From: a virus
Taxonomy: Duplodnaviria; Caudoviricetes
Length of the DNA: 64,000 nucleotides
Direction: 5' to 3' (one strand)
Virus record (IMG/VR): IMGVR_UViG_3300033076_001137
Coordinates: 9,406-73,405 of that record
In this document: one piece after another, positions 47,001 to 56,499 of the stretch
Layout: every line of letters starts with the position of its first letter
How positions within the stretch are numbered: position 1 is the stretch's first letter
Notes under the pieces: model-generated
Databases searched by the model: none
What the model was told of the DNA's origin: nothing
What the model saw: only the letters and a program-made list of their open reading frames with translations
Translations under genes and position numbers: made by a program

Positions 47001-47119
47001 TAGGAACCTAACGTTCTCTTCTGGTCACGGGAGACATCATTCTCACCAGGAACGACGTACCCATCGCCATCGGGATCCTCGAGCTTTGGATAGGGCGGAT
47101 CAAAACGTGTTGTCGACAT
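44012..47119 (-). CDS. baseplate/tail-associated protein
   Basis: 1035 aa, downstream of the tape measure; tube-initiator-like YGRIEDAKIYKGTKRSLSVKF...LTTMVYPQW...PVIRVRVGDLI. Confidence 0.65.
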   Translation of the reverse strand: MSTTRFDPPYPKLEDPDGDGYVVPGENDVSRDQKRTLGSYLASITRGRVPRDEVIEFAGSIPERSNTFPIAEDEIRTKGFTDMIGDRIADTFEYSNSGKFDGRPGGDLNDLVDKGTLGEGNNPTTRPSTLGHYMLNRPATARAGAEVVDSSNAASPARPNFPDQDTTTASSRATVSDTLSEEGLSSSYDPRAARISIDDIRNSTLDMLLAATGKNKGHGDPAEYENNPLKAGIEPSTVQSGISRVDVDDLRPAKYVPLQGMNSTTRRMSGDTGSTDAVITTDGIGEDRYARKSSGVAYSPLEPFTAPQSNISTFAITSIAIYASITAVAAVIVGAQNLFGTDGAPPSVIGAHDSTLGSENDSLVLGKYGVKPAVDDGTFDRLMSFASNLIKSAGAPEFYRPVSRRGYFECAMLGFSAFMGVNPDSSPDQNKAFSFLEISLGLAARTLELAALKQERGYYETIFRNISKNINSIAAEVRSTPDVISFATSGVVESIFSAGIVDIVEVFAKSGDMIYLRYDASREYSINETADHKSNVSFASSRIRSPKASAGSKITSLDGYNIPALRLLPTQYKIKINEALETSNLKTQLFFGDSPKGKNRFTPEQVGEIEQLLDSEYMPFYFQDLRTNEIISFNAFLDDVSDGFQAEYSSISGYGRIEDAKIYKGTKRSLSVKFHLFAANPQDFEHMWWQINKLTTMVYPQWSKGRELSINQGTNNAGGTQVKFPFIQPFSQIPTATPVIRVRVGDLIRSNYSRFNLKRLFGFADPDVSSKQNENSNLKFTSVNEEVTATRMVPERDASGNVVQIKESYTSSKDGPTVTTTELKFSNVRIIGGGTEPVTIPSGTKLSAGAKQDGKSVYEFSVGGKKYRHFASEFNGAVRSTKVETPETRMIDKMISESYVVTSGSTTSGPAMDKKTFYDPDGNAIIRSFESTMGKGLPAVCTSLKFGWMDAPWGAGDDGPGNRAPRYCTVDMQFDVMHDIAPGLDHEGFNRAPLYPVGETITKITEGGETSPYGRGTRTNQVAYNEYNKAPKTRT

Positions 47120-47370
47120 CAGAATCTCCTAGGAGCTCGCTTTGTGGGTGTAGAACCGTCGCCGTCTATTGATTTCACCGGCTCTTCGCTTGACATTGCT
47201 CTCGACATCTCTGTCAAAGTCCCACCAGGGAGTGCGGAGGTAACAGCGTTGTAGTGTTGCAGGATTGAGGCGAGCTGCTCCTCCACGAGATTTCTCTCGT
47301 TCTCAGGTACCTGTTCCATCATTGACCTGTAGAACGGGCTTGACTTTATCATGTCGCTGAAGTTTGTCAT
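47119..47370 (-). CDS. hypothetical protein
   Basis: 83-aa ORF packed between the tape measure and baseplate genes. Confidence 0.65.
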   Translation of the reverse strand: MTNFSDMIKSSPFYRSMMEQVPENERNLVEEQLASILQHYNAVTSALPGGTLTEMSRAMSSEEPVKSIDGDGSTPTKRAPRRF

Positions 47371-47373
47371 CTA

Positions 47374-50300
47374 TTATTTCCTAAACTCGCCTGTTTCTGC
47401 GCTTCTGCTGGATCGAACCAAGCTCTTGTTAGATTCGATGAATTTCTCCGTGCTGAAGAAGTCGTCAACGCCGTCGGTTGTCGTGAGGAACTTCTTGAAT
47501 TGATCCGTCGGATTCACGTAACCGCTCATGACAAGCTCTTCACTCATCTTCTGAGCGTTCATGTTGACCGTCATCGCAACCTTAACGACCACTGCACCAC
47601 CGTTAACGCTCATCGTTGTCTTTGCGACATTCATGTTCTCCGACATAGCGTCAAGGGTCGCGTCGAGCGGGATGGTGTCAAGGTTCTCCATGATCTCACG
47701 GATGGACGTGATGTGACCGGTGACGGCCTTGAGTCGATCCGTGAACTGATCGAGCTTGTAGCCCGCGAGTCTCTCGCTGACACTCTCAGCGCGATCAAGG
47801 TAAGAATCCAAAGGATCAAAGACACCATCGAAGCTGAGATTTGAGCCTACGTTCTCATAAGCCAGTAGAGATAGAGCGCCCATTCCGTTGGGATTTATCG
47901 CAGCGTCCTGGAAGAGCCACGACAGTTCTGAAATGGGCCCGCCCTCTTCGCCTAGAGCTTTCATCGATCTTGCAGCGCGTCTCTGATCACCGACCGTTAT
48001 CCCTGATAGCTTTTGGACCAGCTCGGAAACTTTCTCTATCACGCTGGTCATGCTCAGCATCGAATCAACTTTCTGCTGCATCGAAGCCGTGTCCACGTTC
48101 GGGATGCCGCGTAGTATATCCTGAATTGATTTTTGTGTCCCGTCCTTCGTCCCAACACTAGCGAATAGCTGCATCGCTCTCGACATCGAAGACTTCATCT
48201 TCGTGATGCTTTCGCTTGTTATGTTGGTGCTACCAACGTTCTTAGCGATATCAGCGATTGCAGAAATTACTTTCGATATCGAGCCCAAAGCATTCGCTTT
48301 CGCTTCGAGACGGGCGGCGTTGAAATCTGGTATAATCTCCAAGTACGACTGTATACCGACGTGTTGACCGTTTGAAGAAACTGCGTATCTAAAGAGATCG
48401 ACGAAATGAGCAACTACTGCTTTGACTCTTCCGATCTTATCTCCCATGGATGTTTTTCCGCCTGCGTCACCGAACGCGTCGAATGATTTCATTGCGTTGC
48501 CGATCGACACTACAGCTTTTCCAAGAGATTCAATGACCTGGCTCAACGCTGTGATGCTTCCGATCTTTCCTGCCATCGAAGAACCGACGGAAGCTGCGTT
48601 ATTAATTGCCATCTTAAAATCGTCGCCGCCCATTATATCAACGATTCCGATGATGAGAGCTCTCATAGATGTCAGCAGCGACTTGATGGTTGACGTTCCT
48701 TCCGTCTCGCCCTCTTCCTTCTTGCCACCAGGGAGAAACGACTTTATCGCCGCGAGCGCGCCTGCACCCGCAAGCACCACCCCGACAGCGCTGGCTGGCA
48801 TCTTGGATATAGCGAATCCGACCGCAGCGATAATTCCACCAACCGCCAACATTATTGAACCGAGAACACCACCCAGAACTAGAAGTCCAGTCACGCTCAC
48901 GCCGCTTAATTTATTCGCTGCCTGACCGATGTAATCGACAAAGCTCTTACCGTCCTCGCCAGGTTTTATGAATGATTCTATCGCGTCCTTCACGGCAGCC
49001 GAGATCGTCTTGATTCCATACGCGATCGCCGTGTATGTCGCGGCAGAGCCCATTGCCTTGACTATCACGGCAAGAGCCTCCATCATGCCGCTGCTTCTCT
49101 CAGCCATCGCTGTCGTTGCACCCGCGACTCCCGTTCCCGTGCCTCCGCCAGTGCCCGGTGAACCGATTGCTTCGGTGGCCGCTCTCATGTCTGAGGCTGT
49201 GCTGGAGAGTTCTGTTGGAACGGCAGAACCACCCGTGAATATGTTCTTGATGAACTCGATCAGGTTTCCAGCGAATCCGCTGACCATCGAAAAGATAGGA
49301 CCGCCTGCGACGAACAGCCCACCCAGTGCCGTCGCGATCGGATACTCTTTGAACATACGGATCAACATGTCCATGAGCGCGTCACCGAATTCAACGATGA
49401 GAGGCATCAGCGTCGGCAGTTGATCTATCAGAGTGTTGAAAGCATCGATGATTGCAGTCATGAGCTCGCCGAGGATGCTTCCACTTGTCTTCGGTCCGGG
49501 CTGGAATGCGCCCTTCATCGCGTCTATCATCGATTGCAGGCCAGTCTTGATCATGGGTACGAGACTCTTGATGATGGACGGTAGCGCCTTAAAGACTTCG
49601 GTGAATATCTTCCCGATAACAGAGAGCATCGTCGAGATTATTCCAGAGAGAGTTGATCCCGAGCCTGACAGCAGGTTCATCAGGCCACCTTTGCCATCCT
49701 CGCCCAGTATGAAGTGCTCGATCGCTTGTCCCAGCGTCTTTCCAGCCGTGAGATCGCCCGCAAAGATCTTGGCTAAATTCGAAAACCCCTTTGAAAAGTC
49801 GCTGATCAGCTTGATAAAGCCGCTGATTCCATCTCCCATCTCAGAATTCATGAATATCGATCCGATCATTCTGCCGACGTCGACTCCGATGTGGAAAACC
49901 TCTCCAAGAGCGATCGCCAGATCAGTGATTATCGGCATGAGCGACGTTCCGAAACCACGCATGAACCCCTTCATGAACGCGTCAATGAAGTTCACGAAGG
50001 GCTCCATCCTGACAATGACATTCTCGATGTTATCGGCGAGCTCTGATATGATCTGCTGCTGTGACTTCTGCTGTTTCGCAGCAGCGTCCGCTTTCCCCGA
50101 GACCTGGTCATAGCTGAGACCCATTCCTTTCGCGGAGAACGCGAGCATCGCTTGCTGCTCATCGAGCCCTGCAGAGTCAGCGAGAAGCTTTCTTTCAGCC
50201 CTGCTCATCGACTCGATGGAACGGCCGGTTGCCGCGAACGCCTTTCTCATCTCATCGAGACGTTTCGCTGGGTCCTGCTCACGCATCATCTTCAGGGGAT

Positions 50301-51345
50301 CGATGACCAGACCGAACCCCTGGGCGAGCTGCGCCGCAGCTTCGGCCCCCTGCTCGAAGTCGTCGAACTTGCCCGCGAGGTTAGCTAGCTCGTTGAGCTC
50401 GATGCCGAGCTTACGTGTGAACGCAGCTGATATGATCGTCTGCTTAACATAATCACCCGTCGTCTTGCCAAGCACCTGGAAGTTTGTGATCGCAGCGGCG
50501 ACGTCCTTACCGAGAAGCTTCGTGGATATCCCAAGTGATCGACCGATCTTGTTAACGTTGTTGAGGATGCCCTGACTGAAGTCTTTCAAGCTCAGGGATG
50601 ACATTCTCGAGAGAACGCCGACCTTCTTCAGCTGCTCACCGCTGAACCCAAGCGACATGTTAAGCATGTAAGTCTGAGCGGTAGCTTGACTGAAGTCCTC
50701 GCCTAGGACGTCAAAGACAGCTCCAAGATCAGAGGCATATTCCTTCATCAGTTCAAGACGCTCTATCGTTCCTTCGATGCCTGGGGCAAATTTGGAACCG
50801 AAGTAATAAGCGCCATCGGCCGAAGCTCTCAGCTGACCGTCAAAATCTCCAAGAGCGCGTTTGACTCGTCCTGATGTGTTTTCCGCGAAACTTCCAAACG
50901 CTTTTCGAACTTGCTCGAAAGCTTCACGTAGGGCGTACATCGATTCGATCAGCTTGTTAGCCATCTCGAGCGCGCCTTCGTACGCCTGGCCCAGAAACCC
51001 TTTAATCGCGTTTATTGGAGTCGTGATCGCTGTGAACAGGGAGCTCACATTCGTCTTAAGAAGCTCCCATGAGTTCGACAGCATGTCGGTGACGCTGAGG
51101 CCTTTGGACATCGTGTCGAATGTTCCCGCAGCTGCGGTCGCAGCGGCATCTGCAGCGGCAGCGAAATCATTAGTTGCGTTTCCTGCGTCGCGCATGGAAC
51201 CAGCAGCGATACCTCCCGCCTCCTTGATCTCGCGGAGTATCTGGAGCTGCTCGCCCATCGCGTTCGTCATATCACGCGTATTGGCAGCGTTCTCAGCGAG
51301 AAGACGCCGCATCTGCTCCATAAGCTCTATCTGTGCTGGATCCAT
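47374..51345 (-). CDS. tail tape measure protein
   Basis: 1323 aa, Ala/Gly-rich amphipathic helices, located after the tube and chaperone genes. Confidence 0.85.
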   Translation of the reverse strand: MDPAQIELMEQMRRLLAENAANTRDMTNAMGEQLQILREIKEAGGIAAGSMRDAGNATNDFAAAADAAATAAAGTFDTMSKGLSVTDMLSNSWELLKTNVSSLFTAITTPINAIKGFLGQAYEGALEMANKLIESMYALREAFEQVRKAFGSFAENTSGRVKRALGDFDGQLRASADGAYYFGSKFAPGIEGTIERLELMKEYASDLGAVFDVLGEDFSQATAQTYMLNMSLGFSGEQLKKVGVLSRMSSLSLKDFSQGILNNVNKIGRSLGISTKLLGKDVAAAITNFQVLGKTTGDYVKQTIISAAFTRKLGIELNELANLAGKFDDFEQGAEAAAQLAQGFGLVIDPLKMMREQDPAKRLDEMRKAFAATGRSIESMSRAERKLLADSAGLDEQQAMLAFSAKGMGLSYDQVSGKADAAAKQQKSQQQIISELADNIENVIVRMEPFVNFIDAFMKGFMRGFGTSLMPIITDLAIALGEVFHIGVDVGRMIGSIFMNSEMGDGISGFIKLISDFSKGFSNLAKIFAGDLTAGKTLGQAIEHFILGEDGKGGLMNLLSGSGSTLSGIISTMLSVIGKIFTEVFKALPSIIKSLVPMIKTGLQSMIDAMKGAFQPGPKTSGSILGELMTAIIDAFNTLIDQLPTLMPLIVEFGDALMDMLIRMFKEYPIATALGGLFVAGGPIFSMVSGFAGNLIEFIKNIFTGGSAVPTELSSTASDMRAATEAIGSPGTGGGTGTGVAGATTAMAERSSGMMEALAVIVKAMGSAATYTAIAYGIKTISAAVKDAIESFIKPGEDGKSFVDYIGQAANKLSGVSVTGLLVLGGVLGSIMLAVGGIIAAVGFAISKMPASAVGVVLAGAGALAAIKSFLPGGKKEEGETEGTSTIKSLLTSMRALIIGIVDIMGGDDFKMAINNAASVGSSMAGKIGSITALSQVIESLGKAVVSIGNAMKSFDAFGDAGGKTSMGDKIGRVKAVVAHFVDLFRYAVSSNGQHVGIQSYLEIIPDFNAARLEAKANALGSISKVISAIADIAKNVGSTNITSESITKMKSSMSRAMQLFASVGTKDGTQKSIQDILRGIPNVDTASMQQKVDSMLSMTSVIEKVSELVQKLSGITVGDQRRAARSMKALGEEGGPISELSWLFQDAAINPNGMGALSLLAYENVGSNLSFDGVFDPLDSYLDRAESVSERLAGYKLDQFTDRLKAVTGHITSIREIMENLDTIPLDATLDAMSENMNVAKTTMSVNGGAVVVKVAMTVNMNAQKMSEELVMSGYVNPTDQFKKFLTTTDGVDDFFSTEKFIESNKSLVRSSRSAETGEFRK

Positions 51346-51373
51346 CTAGTACAGAACCTAACCTTTCTGAGCT

Positions 51374-51380
51374 TAACTAT
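51374..51380 (-). promoter_or_regulatory. ATAnTTA putative late promoter (ATAGTTA)
   Basis: 29 nt upstream of the tape measure start. Confidence 0.6.
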
Positions 51381-51395
51381 GCCCGGAGCAAAAAA

Positions 51396-51671
51396 TCAGA
51401 GCTTCCACATGATGCCGGTAGCTTTCCAAAAATCGTCAGCTGCTGCTCTTTTTTCCTCGGCAAGTTCAATCGCCCTGGGAACAGTGGTGCCATCGTTGCT
51501 CAGAGCCTCGTACAGGGCTCTTGACGTCTCGATCGCTCTCTTCGCAGCGTCAACCTGCGTCGGATCACCTGAAAGCTTTGGAAACTTTTTATTCTCGCCC
51601 AGGATGTACTTGGCCGATTCGATGAAAAGCTCGGCGACAGTGTGGTCGTTGCCCTTTACCTTCTTGCTCAT
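51396..51671 (-). CDS. hypothetical tail-region protein
   Basis: ATG 51671 (MSKKVKG...FWKATGIMWKL). Confidence 0.7.
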   Translation of the reverse strand: MSKKVKGNDHTVAELFIESAKYILGENKKFPKLSGDPTQVDAAKRAIETSRALYEALSNDGTTVPRAIELAEEKRAAADDFWKATGIMWKL

Positions 51672-51690
51672 TGAAAACAATCTCCGGGCT

Positions 51691-51697
51691 TAAATAT
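51691..51697 (-). promoter_or_regulatory. ATAnTTA putative late promoter (ATATTTA)
   Basis: 20 nt upstream of ATG 51671. Confidence 0.6.
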
Positions 51698-51964
51698 CAC
51701 GAGAATCGACGAAGTCGAGCAGGAGTTTCGCCTCTATGCATCCCGAGCATCGCTCGAGTCTGAGCGTCGTTCTGATGGGCAGCTCTTGTCGGATCACCCT
51801 TCTCGGAAGCTCTTGTGAGCTCCTTGTTGAGACGGGTGATGAACCACGATCTATACTGCACCGGAATGTTGTAGCATTCCCAGTAGCTGAATCCCATGTA
51901 ATACATGAGAAGGAACGACTGCTCGAGGTAGTATTCCCTATCGTTCGGCGTCAGGCCAAAAAAA
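51697..51964 (-). CDS. probable frameshifted C-terminal extension of the tail assembly chaperone (GT-like)
   Basis: +1 frame open across the T7 run (FFGLTPNDREYYLEQSFLLMYYMGFSYWECYNIPVQYRSWFI); no good start codon with an SD. Confidence 0.55.
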
Positions 51965-52783
51965 GCTTGCCCCAAGCGGGATTCGCACCTCCGACAGCTC
52001 ATTGCATGATGGGCAGTCAAGCTCTCCCTTCATGTCGATACCAGGCTCACTGGAATCGATATGACGACGGAGCTCCATGGAGTCGCGGGCTGGCATGTTT
52101 CTAATGAAACCGTTGATCGCAGCCCGGTCGGTCTTACCATCGATTGCAACGATGGAGTACTGGAGGCGGGAGGTGACGAGATTGTCGGCCATCGCGCCCT
52201 GCTTCTTGGCACGCTCGAGGACCGTGTTGATCTCCTCCTCATCACGACCGGTGAGGAACTTGAAGTGAACGGTCTTCTTCGTGATCGGGAGCTTGAACTC
52301 GAAAACGTTCCTGCCGTTCTCGATCGGAGCAGTCTCGAGACGCTTGATAGGAAGGGTCGAAAGATCGAAAGTCTGCTTAGACCTAGCATTACACTTCGGG
52401 CACTCGGCCTCGACGTTGTAATCGGAGCCGTACCCTGTGATTCGAAGAGCGACCATGATCGCGTTCCTATCTCCGACAAGCATGTCAGCCACGTTAATAC
52501 GCTTGTCAGTGAGGCAGCTCTTGATGAGCTCCGTGATAACAGTGCCCTTCTTGATGAGAGCACGGGAAGTGAGGATATCCTCCTCACGAGCTGTCATCGC
52601 ACGAATGTCAATCGTCTCCTGACCATGAAGAGGAGACTCTGGGGAATACGCGACACCGTTCGATGGAAGTGGAACCGATTCGATCGGTACCTCATAACCG
52701 AAATCGTCCTTCATAACGTCGCGGGTCTGAATGCCTGCGGGAACCGCGCCACCGAAGAGAGCGCTACGATCTGTCTCTGCCAA
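51938..52783 (-). CDS. tail/baseplate hub assembly chaperone (T4 gp26/gp51-like)
   Basis: VPLPSNG..Y, IRAMTAREEDIL, GDRNAIMVALRI.GYG, CPKC and CPSC pairs, ends ...GASFFWPDAER; TTG start with AGGAG. Confidence 0.8.
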   Translation of the reverse strand: MAETDRSALFGGAVPAGIQTRDVMKDDFGYEVPIESVPLPSNGVAYSPESPLHGQETIDIRAMTAREEDILTSRALIKKGTVITELIKSCLTDKRINVADMLVGDRNAIMVALRITGYGSDYNVEAECPKCNARSKQTFDLSTLPIKRLETAPIENGRNVFEFKLPITKKTVHFKFLTGRDEEEINTVLERAKKQGAMADNLVTSRLQYSIVAIDGKTDRAAINGFIRNMPARDSMELRRHIDSSEPGIDMKGELDCPSCNELSEVRIPLGASFFWPDAER

Positions 52784-52860
52784 CTGAATGCTCCTAAAAG
52801 TTGCTAATGCAATTCTTCATCATAGCTGGAACTAGTAAACAAGACGCAGCCCAAAAGAAA

Positions 52861-52892
52861 TCAAGCTCCGGAGATTAACTCTCGGAGCTTGA
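52861..52892 (-). terminator. intrinsic terminator after the tail tube gene
   Basis: TCAAGCTCCGGAG-ATTAACT-CTCGGAGCTTGA, followed by TTTCTTTT on the minus strand. Confidence 0.85.
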
Positions 52893-52933
52893 TAACCCTT
52901 CAATTCGATAGAAGAATCTATCGAATCCTCACG

Positions 52934-53422
52934 TCAATACTGAAGCACACAGTTGTCGAAGCGAAGTGTGAGCGAGATTTCCATGGGATCATCACCGTCG
53001 TAGGCGAGATCACCGAAACCAGCCGACGTGATGAACGCTCCCTTGATGTCCCAGAGCTCGACGACGGTGCCGACAGGATCGAGCATCTTGAGCTGGCAGT
53101 CACGCTTGTAGAAGTCAGCGTAGCCCGCGCGACCGGATACAGACTCGAAGTGGGTGCGGACCCATTCCATGACCTGCTGAGCTCCGGACGGTGCGATAGC
53201 ATCGTAGAGGACCACGTCGAGAGTGTCGAATGTGGTCTTACCAGCGATGTAGCGGCGGGAGTTGATCCATGGGATCTCCTTCTCCTCAGTCTTCACGCTG
53301 GGACGCTTCGTCGACTTGATGAGGTAAGCGTCAATTCCTTCGATCGCGAATACCCATCGGTTCTTCCTCTTCGGTTCGAACTTATTGGGTAACATGTCAG
53401 TGACTGAGAGTGTCTCGGCCAT
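52934..53422 (-). CDS. tail tube protein (gp19-like)
   Basis: FEPKRKNRW, YIAGK, LYDAIAPSGAQQVMEW, YKRD..L.MLDP.G.VVE.W...GAF, L.FD. Confidence 0.9.
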   Translation of the reverse strand: MAETLSVTDMLPNKFEPKRKNRWVFAIEGIDAYLIKSTKRPSVKTEEKEIPWINSRRYIAGKTTFDTLDVVLYDAIAPSGAQQVMEWVRTHFESVSGRAGYADFYKRDCQLKMLDPVGTVVELWDIKGAFITSAGFGDLAYDGDDPMEISLTLRFDNCVLQY

Positions 53423-53438
53423 TTTATCTCCTGTTCCT

Positions 53439-53445
53439 TAACTAT
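53439..53445 (-). promoter_or_regulatory. ATAnTTA putative late promoter (ATAGTTA)
   Basis: 17 nt upstream of the tube ATG, upstream of an AGGAG SD. Confidence 0.65.
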
Positions 53446-53463
53446 TGTGTTTATCTTAAAATC

Positions 53464-56400
53464 TTAGAAACTCGCGGCGTTTCTTGCTTCAAAGTCGATT
53501 GAGATGAACTCTGCCGACTTTGTGGGCTGGAGGAAGATCTTTCCGCGGATGGTGTTGTTCTCGATGTCTGCCTGCGTTGTCGTTGTCGTATCGATCTGAA
53601 CACGATAACGGTCAACACCACGCTGCTCCTGAACCTGCTTCATGATTGGCGAGACTGCTGCATTGAAGCGCGCGATCGTCGCCTCCCTGTTTGGCTCAAA
53701 GAGGATCGTGTTGGCAACGGCGCGGACGCGACGACGAACTTCGATCAGGAGACGACGAACGTTGATTCGATCGAGCGAGCTACCCTCGGCGAGGAGAGTG
53801 CGCTGACCATTCACGACCGGACCGACGCCTGGCGCAGCAACGAGCGGGTTGATACCAGCGTCATAGACCGTGTCAACGTTCTCGACAAGGAACTTAGTTC
53901 CCAGTTCCTCAACGTTGAGAATGGCGCGGTTGTAACCAGCAGGTGCGGTCCACGCGTATCCGAGAGAATCGTTCTGTGCGAAAGCTCCAAGAACTGGAAC
54001 GGAAGCGGGAACTCGAACACGACGTGTTGGGTCAGCGGGAAGTCCCATGACCGCGTCCGGGAAGTAAGCAGCTCCGAAGGAGTTGTTAAGACCACGATTC
54101 GCGAATCGTGTTGTCGTGTAACTGACGTTGACTGCGGGATACGAGCTAGCCCCAAGAGAAGCAGTGACGAAATTATTCTGGCTGTCCTTGTGCTCAACGT
54201 CCATGATGTAGAGCGCGTCGAAACGTGTCTGCATCGCAGAGAGAGCGTAATCAGTGACAACAGGATGACGTTGTCCTGGGATCGCGAGAAGGTGAACATC
54301 AGCGAACGATTTCTCGCCCATGATGTCGACCGCCTTCCTGTAAGCAGCGACTGTGGGTCCAGAAAGACCACCCTGGTTCGAGTTGTCCATCTCACGACGG
54401 ACAGCAGCGTCAGTCATGCGGAGCTTATTAGCGTCAAAGATGTTGACACCATCGAATCCACCCTGCATGAATGTTGTGAACTTCAGATAGCTTCTGACAG
54501 ATGCATTCGAGAAGTCGGTCGGTGTGGTGATGAATCTTCCACCGATAGAACTATCGATGACACCGTCTCGCTGATACACCGCTTCATCCCAACGCGTTCC
54601 ATCGATCAGACCGTCAGATCCGGTTGGGACCTGAACTCTTTCGAGTGTGAAGCGGTTGTTGTTGAAACGATCTGCATCGAGGATCGAACCGCTGACGTCT
54701 GCCGCGCCGGCGTTGTCACCGACCCAAGGGTTCTGGTAGGCAGTGTGGAATCTTGGGAAGTACTTCGTCTGCTGGGCGAGTGAAGCGTCGCGAGTAGCAG
54801 CTGTCGTTGTTGACACGCCATCATTGGGACGTGAGGTTGAATTCGCAGTGTCGAACTGGACGCCCCAGTAGTACTTGCTTTCTCCGACAGCCGTCGTTGC
54901 ACCAGCTGCGCCGCCTACGTTGATAGAGCGACGGAACGGAATCGGAGGCTGACGGGCGTCAGTCACCGGAACGCTGAGATGCGCCGAGCCGTCCAAGCTT
55001 CCAGTAGACAGGAAACCCGTTCCGGCTGTGACGAGGTGGTAATGACCGCGGAATCCAACGGGCAGTGAGTTAACTGGCACAAGCTTGTCGACCACTTCGT
55101 CAGAAAGCTCGATTCGAACGCGCTGGGAGACCTTACCGTACAGTCCTTCTTCAACTATCTTCTGCGATCCGGCCGCGCGGTCGAAATCATAGTAGGTGTT
55201 GAGATCGCCGATTTTCTTGCCGACGAAGTTGTCACTGTCGGGATCAAGATCGCAATCGAGATAGGACTCAAGAACGATCGGAGAGTCATCGGTATCATTC
55301 CAGTCACGAACTTCGACCGTGAATCTACCATAAGCTCCCTCCGTCGTGGGAGCCTTGATGTTCTTGATCGAGACCTTGTAAAGATCATTCGCGTATGCGC
55401 CATCAGAACGTGCGTGAATTCTGAAAAGATCCTTGGGACTATTGCCCTGCGAGATGAAGAACGGGGTGGAAGCGTGAGAGAAACGATCCTCGAAGTTCTC
55501 GTAATTCGGATAGATTACAGTTCCATTATTGTAAGACTGCGATCCGGTTAGGCAGAAAGCGACTTCCTCGACTTCACGACGATCGACGTAGCGACGAACG
55601 TTAGACTCGGACGCGATGCCCGATCCAGTGACCACAGCGTACGCATCAAAGATGTCGTAGTGTGAGTATAGAACGTAACCAGCTCTCTCAACAGCTAGTG
55701 GATCACGATTGAACGTGTTCGCAAAGTATCCCTGATCCTTCGGATTGAATGAAGCCGTGAGGATGCTGGGATATTCTGCAGAGTCAACGTGACCATTAAG
55801 AAGAAGGACGAAATCCTGCTTTCCGCTGCGAAGATCAACCGATCCAGTGAACCAGCCCTTCGTGGGAGATGCGCCAACTGGTGCGGTGCTGTAAGCGCTG
55901 GAATCGACTCCCGGCGCCGAGCTTGAAAGAGTGATCTGGACACCTGACGCCGCGAGAAGAACTCCTCGAACGACCGGAGCAGCTGCAGAAGTTGTTTGAA
56001 TTCCTGACTCTGAGAAAACCCATGAGCCCGCAGATTCTGACATGTAGCAACCGAGGAAGTACGTTCTTCCATTGATGCCACCTGCCACGGCGTATGGGTT
56101 ATTTCCAAGCTGACCGTTCCCTTCCTGCACCTGCTTGGATCCAATAACGAATCCCGCGTTCGCAACTCTTCCAGCGTTGTTTCCGCTTGTCGTACGCTTA
56201 TTTCCATCGCCGGCGCCAAGAACTCGAACGTAAGTTCCAGCTGACGCGTTTCTTAACCACTCGTTGAGAGCTAGCGGAGCAAACGTATCTGCGTCTGCAT
56301 TTCCGAACTCTCTGCTAAATTGTGAGTTATTGGCGAAGGTGACAGGGACGAACGCAACGCCCTGATTCGCAGTTCCAATAACACCAGCCGAGCGACCAGA

Positions 56401-56466
56401 GGGCTGCGCCTCGACCACTCCACCTGTGCTGTCAATCTCCCTAACGCTTATGCCTGGGGCTGCCAT
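53464..56466 (-). CDS. tail sheath protein, paralogue 2
   Basis: PGISVREID, GTANQG.AFVP, YVRVLG, WTAPAGYNRA, DRINVRRLL, LFEPN, FLQPTKSAEFI. Confidence 0.92.
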   Translation of the reverse strand: MAAPGISVREIDSTGGVVEAQPSGRSAGVIGTANQGVAFVPVTFANNSQFSREFGNADADTFAPLALNEWLRNASAGTYVRVLGAGDGNKRTTSGNNAGRVANAGFVIGSKQVQEGNGQLGNNPYAVAGGINGRTYFLGCYMSESAGSWVFSESGIQTTSAAAPVVRGVLLAASGVQITLSSSAPGVDSSAYSTAPVGASPTKGWFTGSVDLRSGKQDFVLLLNGHVDSAEYPSILTASFNPKDQGYFANTFNRDPLAVERAGYVLYSHYDIFDAYAVVTGSGIASESNVRRYVDRREVEEVAFCLTGSQSYNNGTVIYPNYENFEDRFSHASTPFFISQGNSPKDLFRIHARSDGAYANDLYKVSIKNIKAPTTEGAYGRFTVEVRDWNDTDDSPIVLESYLDCDLDPDSDNFVGKKIGDLNTYYDFDRAAGSQKIVEEGLYGKVSQRVRIELSDEVVDKLVPVNSLPVGFRGHYHLVTAGTGFLSTGSLDGSAHLSVPVTDARQPPIPFRRSINVGGAAGATTAVGESKYYWGVQFDTANSTSRPNDGVSTTTAATRDASLAQQTKYFPRFHTAYQNPWVGDNAGAADVSGSILDADRFNNNRFTLERVQVPTGSDGLIDGTRWDEAVYQRDGVIDSSIGGRFITTPTDFSNASVRSYLKFTTFMQGGFDGVNIFDANKLRMTDAAVRREMDNSNQGGLSGPTVAAYRKAVDIMGEKSFADVHLLAIPGQRHPVVTDYALSAMQTRFDALYIMDVEHKDSQNNFVTASLGASSYPAVNVSYTTTRFANRGLNNSFGAAYFPDAVMGLPADPTRRVRVPASVPVLGAFAQNDSLGYAWTAPAGYNRAILNVEELGTKFLVENVDTVYDAGINPLVAAPGVGPVVNGQRTLLAEGSSLDRINVRRLLIEVRRRVRAVANTILFEPNREATIARFNAAVSPIMKQVQEQRGVDRYRVQIDTTTTTQADIENNTIRGKIFLQPTKSAEFISIDFEARNAASF

Positions 56467-56486
56467 TAAAAGCTCCTATCCTCGTG

Positions 56487-56493
56487 TAACTAT
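56487..56493 (-). promoter_or_regulatory. ATAnTTA putative late promoter (ATAGTTA)
   Basis: 21 nt upstream of the sheath-2 ATG, upstream of an AGGAG SD. Confidence 0.65.
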
Positions 56494-56499
56494 TCTGGA

